Positions 18,592 to 29,077 are shown, counted from the stretch's first letter. The stretch: 64,000 bases of DNA from an archaeon (GCA_038046645.1 JBBSVU010000016.1:11998-75997); one strand, 5' to 3'. Made by a program: numbers and translations. Notes: a model not told the origin generated them from the letters alone.

Positions 18592-21375
18592 GTGAATAAG
18601 AATTTTAGGTTTTTGGTTTTGTTGGCAGCTTGTCTGGTACTTTTAATGCCATTAATATCAGCAGGGCAATTGCTTGAAAAGCACGTAACTGTTAACAACA
18701 AGGACAGGCTGTATTTAATTTATGTCCCGACAGGCTATGATGCTTCAAAGTTTTATCCTGTTTTGTTTATGTTCCATGGAATAGGTTCAGATGCAGCAAC
18801 TGCTTCTGGCACTTATTATGGCTGGAATGCATTAGCCGACCAGAAACAATTTATTGCTGTTTACCCGGATTCAAGGAATGATTTGGAACCTAAGGATATT
18901 GTTGACCCAAACACCGGCCAAGTTTTATATGACAATTATGATGTTTTTCCAATCCCGGGATTAAGCCAATACAAGCGCTGGGATATTGCAAATGTTTTAG
19001 ACCCTAATAAAAAAACCCAAGACATTCTTTTTATAGAAAGCATTCTTTCTTTCCTGAAATCAAATTATAAAATTTCAGAAAACCATGTTTATTTTACCGG
19101 GCATTCTTACGGGGCATTGTTTTCATACTATGCTTCAATGGTTTTGCAGGATAAAGTAACTGCTGCAGGAGGGCAATCCGGCGGATTAGTGACAATGCAG
19201 TCACAAGGAACAAACTACTATTTCCCTGTTGAAGCAGTAAACGCTAATTCAAATCCTTCATTGAAAGTGCCTTATATAATTCTCCATAGCTCAAATGATG
19301 GAATTGTTCCATACTCCTGGAGCCAGACATTGCAGCAGCATTTGACTGCAAAAGGCCATCCAAATAAATTAGTTACATTAAATGTAAGCGTTTTCAATCT
19401 TTTAGGGCATGGTTGGGATAAAAGCAAAGATATTGAGCAATGGAACTGGTTTATGCAATACTCTGCACCATTGCCTCAGCCAACGATTGCCTGCTATAAA
19501 AATTCAGACTGTGGCACAGACACTGTTTTGAATAATTATTGCTCAGGCAGTGCAGTAAAGCAAGACGTTAAAGTATACCAATGCTTAAATGCAGGCACAG
19601 CAAATTCATCCTGCACAAACAGCACCCAGACAAATACGCTGCAAACATGCACAGCTTCACAGGTTTGTGAAAATGCCCAATGCAAAAATGTTGCGTGCTT
19701 TTCAAATTCAGACTGCGGTGTAAATGGGCTGATAGGGAATAAATTCTGCAAAACAGGGGATGTTTTCCAGCAGTTCAAAACATATGCTTGCAATAATGCA
19801 GGCACATCAAGTGCTTCTTGTTCAAATTCAGTTGCTGACAATTTAGTAAAAGATTGTTCAGCAAACGAACTTTGCAGCAATGGTGACTGCAAACCAGTTG
19901 CCTGTTTCAAAGATTCTGATTGCGGTTCATCAGAGATTCTCAATACTTATTGTTCAGAAAATGCAGTAAAGCAGGATGTCAAGAATTATTCCTGCTTAAA
20001 TGCTGGAACTTTAAATGCCGCGTGTTCAAATGCAGTGCAGACAAATCTTTTGACACAATGCACGCAAAAGCAGGCATGTGAAGATACGCAATGCAAGGAT
20101 ATTACTTGTTTTGCAGATTCAGAATGCGGCTCAACTGAGTATTTGGATTTGTTCTGCTCTGCAAATGATGTGTTCCAGAATTTAAAAAATTATTCCTGTT
20201 CAAATGCAGGTACAACATCATCAAAATGCTCTTCTTCACTAACCTCATTTTTGAAGGAGGATTGTGCATATGGTTGCAATAACAACAGTTGTTTTACTCC
20301 GGCATGCACAAAGAATTCAGACTGCGGAGCAGACGGTTTTGTGGGAGAGAAATACTGCAAGGATTCATCAGTATACCAGCAGCATAAAACATTCCAATGC
20401 TTAAATGCCAGCAATTGGGATGCTTCTTGCTCAAATGCACTAACCGAACAATTGGTTGAGCAATGTTCATATGGCTGCACAAACGGAGCATGCAACCCTA
20501 AACCAGAGGTTTCAGTATGGAATGCACGTTATTTAACCTTGCTTGGAAATTACACAAGCATACAGTGGAACAATACTTCAACAAATGATTGGTTTGTGCA
20601 GTTTGATTATGGAAATTCACGGCCATTAGTTGAACTGTTATTCTCACTTTACCCAATATATGACATAAAAGGAGTGGATGTTACGCAAACCTCGCTGAAT
20701 TACTGGTGGGCAGTATGGGACAACCCGGATGGAAGGGTAGGTGTATACAGGCAGGATTCCTATGGAAATAACAAACTCACTAAGCAGGTGTGGAACAGCA
20801 AGGAAATAAGGATGAAGGGCTTAGCCTTATTGCAGAATAACCCGTATTTGCTTTTTGAATACAAAACTTATCCAAAAATATTCCTTGCAAAGTTTAATGC
20901 AAATGGGGTATGGACACAGGGGAAAGTCCTTGATTCACCAAATATAACTGAAAAATGGGCCTCAAAAGCAATTGCCTCAAACTATTCAAATAAGCTTTTG
21001 GTTTTATGGGAGAAGGATGATTCATCCATACAAGTATGGGGCATAAATCCAGTTACATTGGCAAAGCAGAATTCATTTAGTTTCAAAGCTCCTGCTGGTT
21101 ATGCAGCAAAGGATTTGGAAGTAAATGGCTTTACTTATGTATTGCTGGCAGATTCTTTAGGAAATGCAAAGATATGGAAGATTTCTTCATCTGGTGTAAT
21201 CATCTCAACATCTGACCTTCCAGTTTCTGATAATTTCAAAGCTCATAGCATTGAAATAAGGGCAGACGGCAAGCTTGATCTCATGGTAACAAATGATTTC
21301 GGCAAGGCACAAGTATGGGTAATAAACCAAAATACAGGTGCCAAAGAATCTTCTAAAGATTACGCAGCGAAATAA
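18592..21375 (+). CDS. Secreted alpha/beta-hydrolase (LpqC/PHB-depolymerase-like esterase) + five Cys-rich repeats + beta-rich C-terminal domain
   Basis: Signal peptide; RLYLIYVP, FMFHGIG, GHSYG nucleophile, HSSNDGIVPY, GHGW; five CxxxSxCG repeats. Confidence 0.85.
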   Translation: MNKNFRFLVLLAACLVLLMPLISAGQLLEKHVTVNNKDRLYLIYVPTGYDASKFYPVLFMFHGIGSDAATASGTYYGWNALADQKQFIAVYPDSRNDLEPKDIVDPNTGQVLYDNYDVFPIPGLSQYKRWDIANVLDPNKKTQDILFIESILSFLKSNYKISENHVYFTGHSYGALFSYYASMVLQDKVTAAGGQSGGLVTMQSQGTNYYFPVEAVNANSNPSLKVPYIILHSSNDGIVPYSWSQTLQQHLTAKGHPNKLVTLNVSVFNLLGHGWDKSKDIEQWNWFMQYSAPLPQPTIACYKNSDCGTDTVLNNYCSGSAVKQDVKVYQCLNAGTANSSCTNSTQTNTLQTCTASQVCENAQCKNVACFSNSDCGVNGLIGNKFCKTGDVFQQFKTYACNNAGTSSASCSNSVADNLVKDCSANELCSNGDCKPVACFKDSDCGSSEILNTYCSENAVKQDVKNYSCLNAGTLNAACSNAVQTNLLTQCTQKQACEDTQCKDITCFADSECGSTEYLDLFCSANDVFQNLKNYSCSNAGTTSSKCSSSLTSFLKEDCAYGCNNNSCFTPACTKNSDCGADGFVGEKYCKDSSVYQQHKTFQCLNASNWDASCSNALTEQLVEQCSYGCTNGACNPKPEVSVWNARYLTLLGNYTSIQWNNTSTNDWFVQFDYGNSRPLVELLFSLYPIYDIKGVDVTQTSLNYWWAVWDNPDGRVGVYRQDSYGNNKLTKQVWNSKEIRMKGLALLQNNPYLLFEYKTYPKIFLAKFNANGVWTQGKVLDSPNITEKWASKAIASNYSNKLLVLWEKDDSSIQVWGINPVTLAKQNSFSFKAPAGYAAKDLEVNGFTYVLLADSLGNAKIWKISSSGVIISTSDLPVSDNFKAHSIEIRADGKLDLMVTNDFGKAQVWVINQNTGAKESSKDYAAK

Positions 21376-21387
21376 AATTATAATCCG

Positions 21388-21430
21388 TTGAAACCGCTTT
21401 TTTTGCGGTTTCAATTCCTTTTTTTATTTT
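21388..21430 (+). terminator. Hairpin plus T-tract downstream of the esterase gene
   Basis: TTGAAACCGC-T7-GCGGTTTCAA followed by a T run. Confidence 0.6.
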
Positions 21431-21586
21431 TTGTTCCAATTTCTGTTTTAAACAGAATTTTTCTCTTCTTTTAAGCAACCATTCTTCTCTGCATTCTTTT
21501 TGGCTGTTTTTTGACATTTCCCAAAAATGCCAAAATTGCAGAATCAACCAAACATATACTTTAATATAAGTTTGGTTGATTGATGG

Positions 21587-22735
21587 TTATTTTTTGCTAA
21601 GCATCACAAATGGAATAGCAATCAGTATCAACGCACCGGAAATTGCCAAAGGAATCCCATATCCAAAGGATTCTCCAACTGGCCCAAAGATTACCGAACC
21701 TAAAAATTGTGCACATAATGACAGGGTAGTTATTGCGCTTGAATGCCCTCCAATCTTTTCTTTTTCAAAGAGTTTAGCGGTCCAGAATATTATTGCAATC
21801 ATTGCTAAGCCATCCCCAATTTCATGCATTACCCTGAAGAAGAATGAGACATATAGGTTAGGGTAAATCATTAAGATATGCCCTATGCCTGAGATTAATA
21901 TTGCAAACAAAAACATTTTTTTGTAAGCCCCTTTTTTGTCTATCCATTTGCCCCCAAAATATGAAACAATAGCTAAGCATATCACAGGTATTGACATGTA
22001 AATGCCCATCATTCCAGTATCTAATGAAAATGCCTGTTTCAAGAATAAGGCATAGCTCGTTGTTTCAGCCCCCCAGTGGAATGTGAAGAGTAAAAGCGGT
22101 ATTAAAAACAACAAAACTTTTTTTGTCATGAAATCTTTTTTATATTCTTCAACATGTATCTGTGAGGTTTTTGAATCATTCAAAAATAATGCTAAAATTG
22201 CTATGCAGAATAATAAAATCCCTGCTGCCTGAAAGAAAGATTGGAAATTTATAAACGTTAAGGTAATGCCGCCAAGCAAAAATCCTGTTGCAGATCCTAA
22301 GTAAAGGAATAGGTTGAATTTTCCAAGTTTTTTACCTTCCTCATTTTTTTTGTGCTCTCCCTTAAGCACTATGCTTTGCAAAGAAACCGAACTTATGTTA
22401 TAGCCAAATCCGCCAATTAGGAAACACGGCAGCAATAATAAGAATTCCCTGAAAAAAGCCATTCCAAACAGGGAAATGCCCATAGCTATTAACCCTAAAA
22501 TAAGGCTTTGTTTTGTTGATAACCGGTCGTTTGCTATGCCTGTTGGCAGGCTTATAAACAAGCCGGCAATAGCATATGTTCCAATTAAGGTTCCAATCTC
22601 TATCCCTGATAATTTTATTGCAAAAAGGTACAAAGGAAGGAAAAAATTTACTGCACCAGTAATCAGCTTTGTCAGGAAAATAAGAATATTTACCTTGCCT
22701 AAATTTGAAATTCCCATTGCATTAATGATATTCAA
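21587..22735 (-). CDS. MFS transporter
   Basis: About 12 TM helices; GIANDRL and GKWIDKKG motif A variants. Confidence 0.88.
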   Translation of the reverse strand: MNIINAMGISNLGKVNILIFLTKLITGAVNFFLPLYLFAIKLSGIEIGTLIGTYAIAGLFISLPTGIANDRLSTKQSLILGLIAMGISLFGMAFFREFLLLLPCFLIGGFGYNISSVSLQSIVLKGEHKKNEEGKKLGKFNLFLYLGSATGFLLGGITLTFINFQSFFQAAGILLFCIAILALFLNDSKTSQIHVEEYKKDFMTKKVLLFLIPLLLFTFHWGAETTSYALFLKQAFSLDTGMMGIYMSIPVICLAIVSYFGGKWIDKKGAYKKMFLFAILISGIGHILMIYPNLYVSFFFRVMHEIGDGLAMIAIIFWTAKLFEKEKIGGHSSAITTLSLCAQFLGSVIFGPVGESFGYGIPLAISGALILIAIPFVMLSKK

Positions 22736-22740
22736 TTGGT

Positions 22741-23268
22741 TTAAATAGCTTTATTGCCGGGCAAAGGTTCTTTGTCTTTTAATATAAAAACAAATCTGTC
22801 TTTCTGAAGGACAAAGAGCTCTTTGCCATCTTTTTCATATAAATTGCATAAATCCTTGTAATCAACCCTTCCCTTGTAATCATATCCTTCATTTTCAAGT
22901 TGGGAATTCATCTGCACAACAAGGGTAGCTGCAGAAGTTGAATCTCCTGAGTCCACAATAAACATCTTTTTTGAATCAAACCAAATCAAGCCAACATTTC
23001 CAGTCATGGTATTATTGTATTCCATTTTAATGTTTGCTGTACCATATATGTCAAATATCTGGTCAAAAGATTCAAGTGTTTTATCCTGCAGCACATCAAA
23101 ATAACTGATTGATTTTTTCTGCTTTTCAATGCCTGCATCTGCTTTTATGAACTCTTGCGCAATAACTTCTCCTTGGACTGTTGCTTTTGGCAAAAAGGAA
23201 CAGCCGCTTAACAGCAATGCCCCAAAAAGCAAAGAAATCAATAAAATCAAACTTAGGGTATTTTTCAT
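22741..23268 (-). CDS. Putative lipoprotein
   Basis: Lipobox LLSGC; ATG overlaps the stop of the upstream large gene. Confidence 0.75.
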   Translation of the reverse strand: MKNTLSLILLISLLFGALLLSGCSFLPKATVQGEVIAQEFIKADAGIEKQKKSISYFDVLQDKTLESFDQIFDIYGTANIKMEYNNTMTGNVGLIWFDSKKMFIVDSGDSTSAATLVVQMNSQLENEGYDYKGRVDYKDLCNLYEKDGKELFVLQKDRFVFILKDKEPLPGNKAI

Positions 23269-26200
23269 TGCAGCTCAACCCCGTAACTTTTCATCATATC
23301 ATCAACATTCTTTTCCATTATGTCATACATTTTTGTCATTTTATCTGCATCAGCCTTGCTCTCTGCTATCTTTTTGTTTATTTCATATTCACCTTCAACA
23401 AAGGTAAAGATTTTTGTAAGTGCATCAGGATTATCCTTATATATTGAGACATCATCCCTGTACCTTAATGCAACCTCCATTTTTTTTAATTTTAGGAATT
23501 TTTTTATGCTGTAAAAATAACTTTTAGTATCATTAATTGTTGGATTTTCCTTTTCAGCCATTTTTTGGGCAATATCTGCCTGTATGCTTGCAAACATTCC
23601 AAGCTCCCCAACCTCTGTTTCATAAAGTATGGATTGTTTTGCATTATCCCCGTTTAATGCATTTGTTGCATCAACTACCAAAGATAATCCACCAGAAGAA
23701 ATTGTGCCAGCAGTCCAAAATGCTGCATCCTTTAATGCATTGAAAAATTTATGATCCTCTGCCGTGATTTTTATCCCTAAAGCATTTGTGCCTGCGCTTA
23801 CTACTTCACTTACCGAACCCATGCTGTCAGTAAATTCAATCAAAAGCGGAGCGTTATTCTTTAACTCTTCAACAGTTTTTATATTCGCTAGTTTATCAAG
23901 CTGTTCTGGCAGGTTCTTTATTGTTTCAACAAAGCCGATTGTCTTATACACTGCATTTAATCCGCGGCCAACAACATTAAAAATCCCAATTTTTTTGGAA
24001 TTTTGCAAGCTTCTTTTTCCTTTCCTTAATTCATAATCTGCAATCTCTCTCCAGTTGTGCGCATTTTCAGTATATCCTGTTAAATTCAGCCCGAAATAAC
24101 TCAGCAAAGAATTATCATTATCATATTGCAAGACTGCATCAGCAGTCATTCCAGTAACATCAAGCCCTAAAACTTCCTGAGGGTTTATGCTTAATTTTTT
24201 TGATGTGCAGGTTTGCCCTTTTGGGATAAGGTTTCCAGCGCAGCATGTGCTGCTATTTGGTGAATAAATTGTTCCAGTGCATTCAGGTTTGTCCATGCAC
24301 TCCCCGCCAACACAATATGTGTTTATTGAACAATCATTATCAGTGCTGCAACCAGCTGAAGTCACACATAACTTAATCTCTGTAGCTCCGTACATTTCGC
24401 TAACACAATTTTGGCCTGAAGGGCAATCAGAATTTACGCAACAAGCATCTGTTCCCTGCCCGCCTATTTTTCCTTCGCAGCAGAATACCCGTTCTTTTTC
24501 ATATTCCCAGACAATATCTCCGGAATTTGCACAGCCTGTCGGACTGTCTGAATGCATGATAGAACTATCTGAGATACAGCATTGCCCTGCACCAGTGCAA
24601 CCGCAATCCTTCTGGCAGGTAGAACAATTTTCACCAGCATCAACATTACAAGTACCATCGCCACAGTTTACTTCTTTTTGTGGTCCTTTTTCAATAATTT
24701 CATCTGCCTTTTTTTGGGCATCTCCGCCATATTCTTCCTTGTATCTTTGGCATTTTACATTTGTAGTTTGCCCTTCTTTTATGCTTGGATATAGCCACTT
24801 GTGAATTATTTCATCCAATACCACAATATTTTCAGTCATTTCGGTTGAATTTACCTTTATTATTATATCTGATTCATAAGCAGAATATTTTACTGCCCCC
24901 CCAGGAATAAACAGCATGACCCTGCTGCCATCCTTTATCCATGCAGCTGCTTTTGTATCCTTAATTTTTATAATTCCCAAACTTACATCATTTTCACATT
25001 CCACTGCATTCAATCCATCAACCGAAAGCCAGAATGGGGCAGTTTCAGTATATTTCTCTTCCTTGCTTACACAATAATATTGTGAGTTATCGCACACAGC
25101 ATCTGGCATGCTATTTTCCCCCAATACACAATCAAGATCCATGTTGCAGCATTTCTTCCCTGCTTGGCAGCAAACATAATTGCAATTCCCAGAACCGCAT
25201 TCAGGATTTGATGTGCAGGATTCTCCATTTGATTTCAATATTGTTTCTTCTGTTTCCTTTTCATTAACACATTTGTGATTTACACATTTTTTTGTCAATA
25301 ATGCACCTTGCGCATCTGAGCAATAATCACAGCAATCAACACCGTGCTGGAAATTTTCTATATAAAACCCATCAGGGCAGCAATAGGTATCTACATTAGG
25401 ATTTGCGCATTTTTTTCCACCTGTGCCAAAATCTCCACAATATACTGAAGAGCATTCGTTATCATTTGAACATGCTTGGCAATATTGTTTTGTTCCGCTT
25501 GATGCAGTGCAATAATGCAAGTTAGTATTGCATGCTTGCCCACTAGAACAATCCGAATTATATTCACAGCAGGTTTTTCCTGCTTCACAGCAAACATAAT
25601 TGCAGTTTCCTGAAGAACATTGCGAACCTGAGGAACAGGTTGCACCATCTGATTTTAATGTTACAGGACAGCTTCCGCAATCACCTGCACAAGAAGAGCA
25701 GGTTTCTGAACCATTGCATGAGCCATCTCCGCAGTATGTTGTAGGTGCAGATGTTACACAATAATGGTAAGAAGTATTGCATGTCTGCCCAGCAGAGCAA
25801 TCCGAATTATATTCACAACAAGTCTTTCCAGCCTGGCAGCAAACATATCTGCAATTTCCTGAACTGCATTGTGAATTTGATGAACATTGCGAGCCATTTG
25901 CTTTTTTTGCTTCCTGGCAAGCCCCGCAATCCGAAGGGCAATTGCTGCAAGTTTCCGTTTGTTTAGTTCCATTAACACAGGTCCCTTGGTCATATGCCTT
26001 TGGGCCACATTCTCCGTCTCCACAGTAACCATACTTCTTGAAATTATATTTCCAGCCACAGCCTGCACAAGAGGAATCTCCATTAAAAACAGCACTGATT
26101 GTTTCTCCCGCACTTATTGATACCTCACAGGTTGTTTGGTTGTTGCAGCTTTTTGCAGATGTAGTAATATCGCAATATCCACATTCAGGGTTTTCTCCAT

Positions 26201-26414
26201 ATTGGGTATATCCTCCATAAGTGTCATCAGCATATATTTTCAAGAAGCATCCTTGGTAATCTGAAGGTGCAGTTGTTTGATATATGTCATCAAAGGAATA
26301 TCCGGCACCATCATTGCTGCCCCAAGGCAATGTCATTGTTTCTGCTGAACTAAAAATAGATAAAAATACAAGCAGAATAAAAGTTAAAATTATCCTAATT
26401 GCAGCCTTTCCCAT
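23265..26414 (-). CDS. Large secreted Cys-rich repeat protein with helical C-terminal domain
   Basis: Signal peptide from ATG 26414; CGDGxC..ETCSxCxxDCG and CCxAGKxCC repeats; Gly/Ala-rich amphipathic C-terminal region. Confidence 0.85.
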   Translation of the reverse strand: MGKAAIRIILTFILLVFLSIFSSAETMTLPWGSNDGAGYSFDDIYQTTAPSDYQGCFLKIYADDTYGGYTQYGENPECGYCDITTSAKSCNNQTTCEVSISAGETISAVFNGDSSCAGCGWKYNFKKYGYCGDGECGPKAYDQGTCVNGTKQTETCSNCPSDCGACQEAKKANGSQCSSNSQCSSGNCRYVCCQAGKTCCEYNSDCSAGQTCNTSYHYCVTSAPTTYCGDGSCNGSETCSSCAGDCGSCPVTLKSDGATCSSGSQCSSGNCNYVCCEAGKTCCEYNSDCSSGQACNTNLHYCTASSGTKQYCQACSNDNECSSVYCGDFGTGGKKCANPNVDTYCCPDGFYIENFQHGVDCCDYCSDAQGALLTKKCVNHKCVNEKETEETILKSNGESCTSNPECGSGNCNYVCCQAGKKCCNMDLDCVLGENSMPDAVCDNSQYYCVSKEEKYTETAPFWLSVDGLNAVECENDVSLGIIKIKDTKAAAWIKDGSRVMLFIPGGAVKYSAYESDIIIKVNSTEMTENIVVLDEIIHKWLYPSIKEGQTTNVKCQRYKEEYGGDAQKKADEIIEKGPQKEVNCGDGTCNVDAGENCSTCQKDCGCTGAGQCCISDSSIMHSDSPTGCANSGDIVWEYEKERVFCCEGKIGGQGTDACCVNSDCPSGQNCVSEMYGATEIKLCVTSAGCSTDNDCSINTYCVGGECMDKPECTGTIYSPNSSTCCAGNLIPKGQTCTSKKLSINPQEVLGLDVTGMTADAVLQYDNDNSLLSYFGLNLTGYTENAHNWREIADYELRKGKRSLQNSKKIGIFNVVGRGLNAVYKTIGFVETIKNLPEQLDKLANIKTVEELKNNAPLLIEFTDSMGSVSEVVSAGTNALGIKITAEDHKFFNALKDAAFWTAGTISSGGLSLVVDATNALNGDNAKQSILYETEVGELGMFASIQADIAQKMAEKENPTINDTKSYFYSIKKFLKLKKMEVALRYRDDVSIYKDNPDALTKIFTFVEGEYEINKKIAESKADADKMTKMYDIMEKNVDDMMKSYGVELQ

Positions 26415-26457
26415 GCCAAATTTAAGTGCTTTGTAATATATATTTTTTTGCAATGGA

Positions 26458-26628
26458 TTATTGCAAAACAAAGGTTATTTCATTCAGAAAAAACCCAAAC
26501 ATTATCAAAAAACCCAAAGGTTGGAATATTATTTCTTCCATTATGCGGTCTGCAAGCAGCGGGACAGCAGCAAAATAAAAAAATGCAGTGATAAATGCAG
26601 CCAAGGTTATCCTTTTTATTATTCCCAT
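26458..26628 (-). CDS. 56-aa two-TM membrane protein (not in ORF track)
   Basis: Hand translation MGIIKRITLAAFITAFFYFAAVPLLADRIMEEIIFQPLGFLIMFGFFLNEITFVLQ; follows 26643-26849 in the same operon. Confidence 0.55.
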   Translation of the reverse strand: MGIIKRITLAAFITAFFYFAAVPLLADRIMEEIIFQPLGFLIMFGFFLNEITFVLQ

Positions 26629-26642
26629 GAAATCTTTTCCCC

Positions 26643-26849
26643 CTATCTTACAAGTTCTTTTATTTTTTCTTCAATATGCTTCAGTTTATTCTCTTCAAAT
26701 TCATCAGCCTTTATTACAATAGTCAGGGTTAATCCTGAACCAAATGGCCCAATTAAATATTCGTGGTTTTTTTCCAAGAAGCCGCCCCTATGGTTAGCTG
26801 CAAAAGGGCCTTCCCCATTTCCTGAGATGTGTGCTTCTAGTATTCTCAT
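26643..26849 (-). CDS. Small hypothetical protein
   Basis: 68 aa; ATGA overlap with the upstream gene. Confidence 0.6.
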   Translation of the reverse strand: MRILEAHISGNGEGPFAANHRGGFLEKNHEYLIGPFGSGLTLTIVIKADEFEENKLKHIEEKIKELVR

Positions 26850-27223
26850 ATGATCTTCACCACATCCCCTAATATAAAATTGAATAAAATTAACACAGTG
26901 AAAAACCAGCCTTCTTCAACCCAAATTAATTTATCCTTAAATTTAGGGTCATCCTCTGCAAATTTCATTAATGAAATTTCACCAAGATAATACAGTGAAA
27001 GAAATGCTGCAACATAGGTTACCATTCCAGAAACATTTGTCATGTCCATTGTAAACCAAGGGACCAGCATCAATATGACAAATCTGCTTGCTACTTTCTT
27101 GCCTTCATAGAAGATATGCGCTAAAGCAAAGAATGCAAAACCCCAGCCTAAATTGTTTAATATGAATTCAGTGATCCAAGCACTGTCAAATTGCAAAAGA
27201 TGATATGTAAATTCAACTATCAT
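26846..27223 (-). CDS. Multi-TM hypothetical membrane protein
   Basis: About four hydrophobic segments; ATG 27223 preferred as start. Confidence 0.7.
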   Translation of the reverse strand: MIVEFTYHLLQFDSAWITEFILNNLGWGFAFFALAHIFYEGKKVASRFVILMLVPWFTMDMTNVSGMVTYVAAFLSLYYLGEISLMKFAEDDPKFKDKLIWVEEGWFFTVLILFNFILGDVVKII

Positions 27224-27318
27224 ACATATATTGCGTGTTTGGCAGATATAATCCCATTTAGCATATTTTGAGCTAAAACTACAATTTTTAAACAAATTGT
27301 TACATATTTAGCTTATAT

Positions 27319-28413
27319 ATGTCTGAAAAATTGAGCCAAACTAATGAAAAATCAAGTAATGATTTACTTGCGCTCGATGCTTATGATCGAAAATTGATTT
27401 ATTATTATTCAAAAAACTGCCGTTTGCCATTAAATAAATTAGCAAAGCTTGTTGGCAGGTCTAAAGATACAATAAAATATAGGATTGAGCGCTTTAAAAA
27501 AGAAGGAATATTGCAAGGAAGTACTATTGTAATAGACCCAATCCTTTTAGGCCATGAATTCTTTCAGGTTTATCTTAAATTTCAAAATCTGACTTTAGAA
27601 AAAGAACTGGATATTGTAACTCATCTTTCAAATTTTCGGGCAAATAATGTTGTGATGAAAACATCCGGTTTGTGGGATATGTATATTTTGCTTGATGCTG
27701 GGCACGCAATGCAGTTCGGTGATTTTTTGCAGCACATAAGGAATTACTGCGGAGATTATCTGAAAGATTTTTTATTCTTGATTGAATCAAAAGAGTATTT
27801 GTTTACAAATATCCCAAAAATAATCTTCAAGGATTTGAAAATTGATAATTTTATCTATGAAAAGGAAGATTCTTCTTTTCAGAAACAATTGCAGTACATA
27901 GGAACAGAATTTCAGCACGCAGAATCAGTCAAGGTAAATGATAAAGAACTGCAATTATTTAAGGAAATGGACGATAACATTCAGATTGAACTTAAGGACC
28001 TTGCATCAAAATTAAGTCTGTCCTTATTCCAAACAAAATCCGTGATAAAATCCCTGATTGGAAAAAAAGCTCTTAATGCATTCTGGCCTACTTTTAATCT
28101 TTCAAGATTAGGGCTTGAATATTATATTGTTTTCATCCAGACGAATAATATTTCAAAAGAACTAGACAAAAAACTGAAAGAATATTTTATGAATCAACTG
28201 AATCTGATGCGCGCAGTTCGCACAATCGGGAATTATGACATTACTTTGTTTGTTGCTGTTTACAATCTTCCCGAGCTTTATGGAATAATGAAGGATTTAA
28301 GGTTAAAATTCCCGGATTTAATCAAAAATTATGAGTCATTTATTGTAGAAGAAGATATTCATTTCAAGGCAGGTACAACATTCTGTGCTGTTGAAAAAGG
28401 TGAAGTTTTATGA
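27319..28413 (+). CDS. Tandem double-domain Lrp/AsnC regulator
   Basis: LDAYDRKL..NCRLPLNKLAKLVGRSKDTIKYRI HTH; second HTH+RAM half (IGNYDI). Confidence 0.85.
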   Translation: MSEKLSQTNEKSSNDLLALDAYDRKLIYYYSKNCRLPLNKLAKLVGRSKDTIKYRIERFKKEGILQGSTIVIDPILLGHEFFQVYLKFQNLTLEKELDIVTHLSNFRANNVVMKTSGLWDMYILLDAGHAMQFGDFLQHIRNYCGDYLKDFLFLIESKEYLFTNIPKIIFKDLKIDNFIYEKEDSSFQKQLQYIGTEFQHAESVKVNDKELQLFKEMDDNIQIELKDLASKLSLSLFQTKSVIKSLIGKKALNAFWPTFNLSRLGLEYYIVFIQTNNISKELDKKLKEYFMNQLNLMRAVRTIGNYDITLFVAVYNLPELYGIMKDLRLKFPDLIKNYESFIVEEDIHFKAGTTFCAVEKGEVL

Positions 28414-28417
28414 TTGC

Positions 28418-28696
28418 TCAATCTTTACTTTGTTTGTACCATCTCTCATATTGTTTGTGATTTCCAACAAAATGTATTTCCTTTACTTTTTCTTTTTCAT
28501 TTATTTTAATAACAATACGATATTGCCCTGCTTCAATAACATAAAAGTCTAATCCGTGCTTAAGATGCCTGGTTTTTGTTTCTTCTTTCTGTTTTTGTAT
28601 TTTGTTCCAGATTGATTCTCTTGCTGTTTTATCCATCTTTGCAAAGTATATGTCCCAATCATGGAAAAAAGATATTTTGTATCCCATAGGGGTCAC
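28418..28696 (-). CDS. RelE/ParE-like toxin
   Basis: YKISF..WD.YF.KMD, GQYRIV, FVGNHKQYE. Confidence 0.75.
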   Translation of the reverse strand: MTPMGYKISFFHDWDIYFAKMDKTARESIWNKIQKQKEETKTRHLKHGLDFYVIEAGQYRIVIKINEKEKVKEIHFVGNHKQYERWYKQSKD

Positions 28697-28960
28697 TTAC
28701 TTGAATCCATACTTTTTCTTTACTTCTTCTTCTGTCAGATATTTTTGGTTTTTCTTTTTCATTTGTTTGTCCTGTTTTAAGATTTTCCTTGCAACCAGAT
28801 CCAGTTCTGATGCACTTAAATCATCCAGGATATGATATTCTTTTCCCAATTCTAAAATTCCTGCCCTTATTGCTTCGGTTTTTGTCTTGAAATAACCTTT
28901 TGCAATTAAGATGCTGAGAACATCTTCAGGGACACCTTCCATTTTGATTAGAGTTTCTAT
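28697..28960 (-). CDS. RHH antitoxin (ATG 28942 or ATA 28960)
   Basis: LIAKGYFKTKTEAIRAGI; SD-like AGGTGG just upstream of the in-frame ATA. Confidence 0.75.
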   Translation of the reverse strand: METLIKMEGVPEDVLSILIAKGYFKTKTEAIRAGILELGKEYHILDDLSASELDLVARKILKQDKQMKKKNQKYLTEEEVKKKYGFK

Positions 28961-28972
28961 ATTCCCACCTTA

Positions 28973-28991
28973 TTGTATATTTAGTATACAA
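28973..28991. promoter_or_regulatory. Inverted repeat upstream of the RHH antitoxin (candidate autoregulatory operator)
   Basis: TTGTATA-N5-TATACAA. Confidence 0.45.
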
Positions 28992-29077
28992 AAAATATAT
29001 AAATAATACGGATTTGCCTGATAAGTACTCGTCTAAATCCTATATATACTTTTCCCTCAGCTATTACCATATATCAC

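Noticed and set aside
21405..21420. GTTTCAATTCCT resembles an archaeal CRISPR repeat end
   Set aside because: Single copy forming one arm of a terminator hairpin; no spacers or cas genes.
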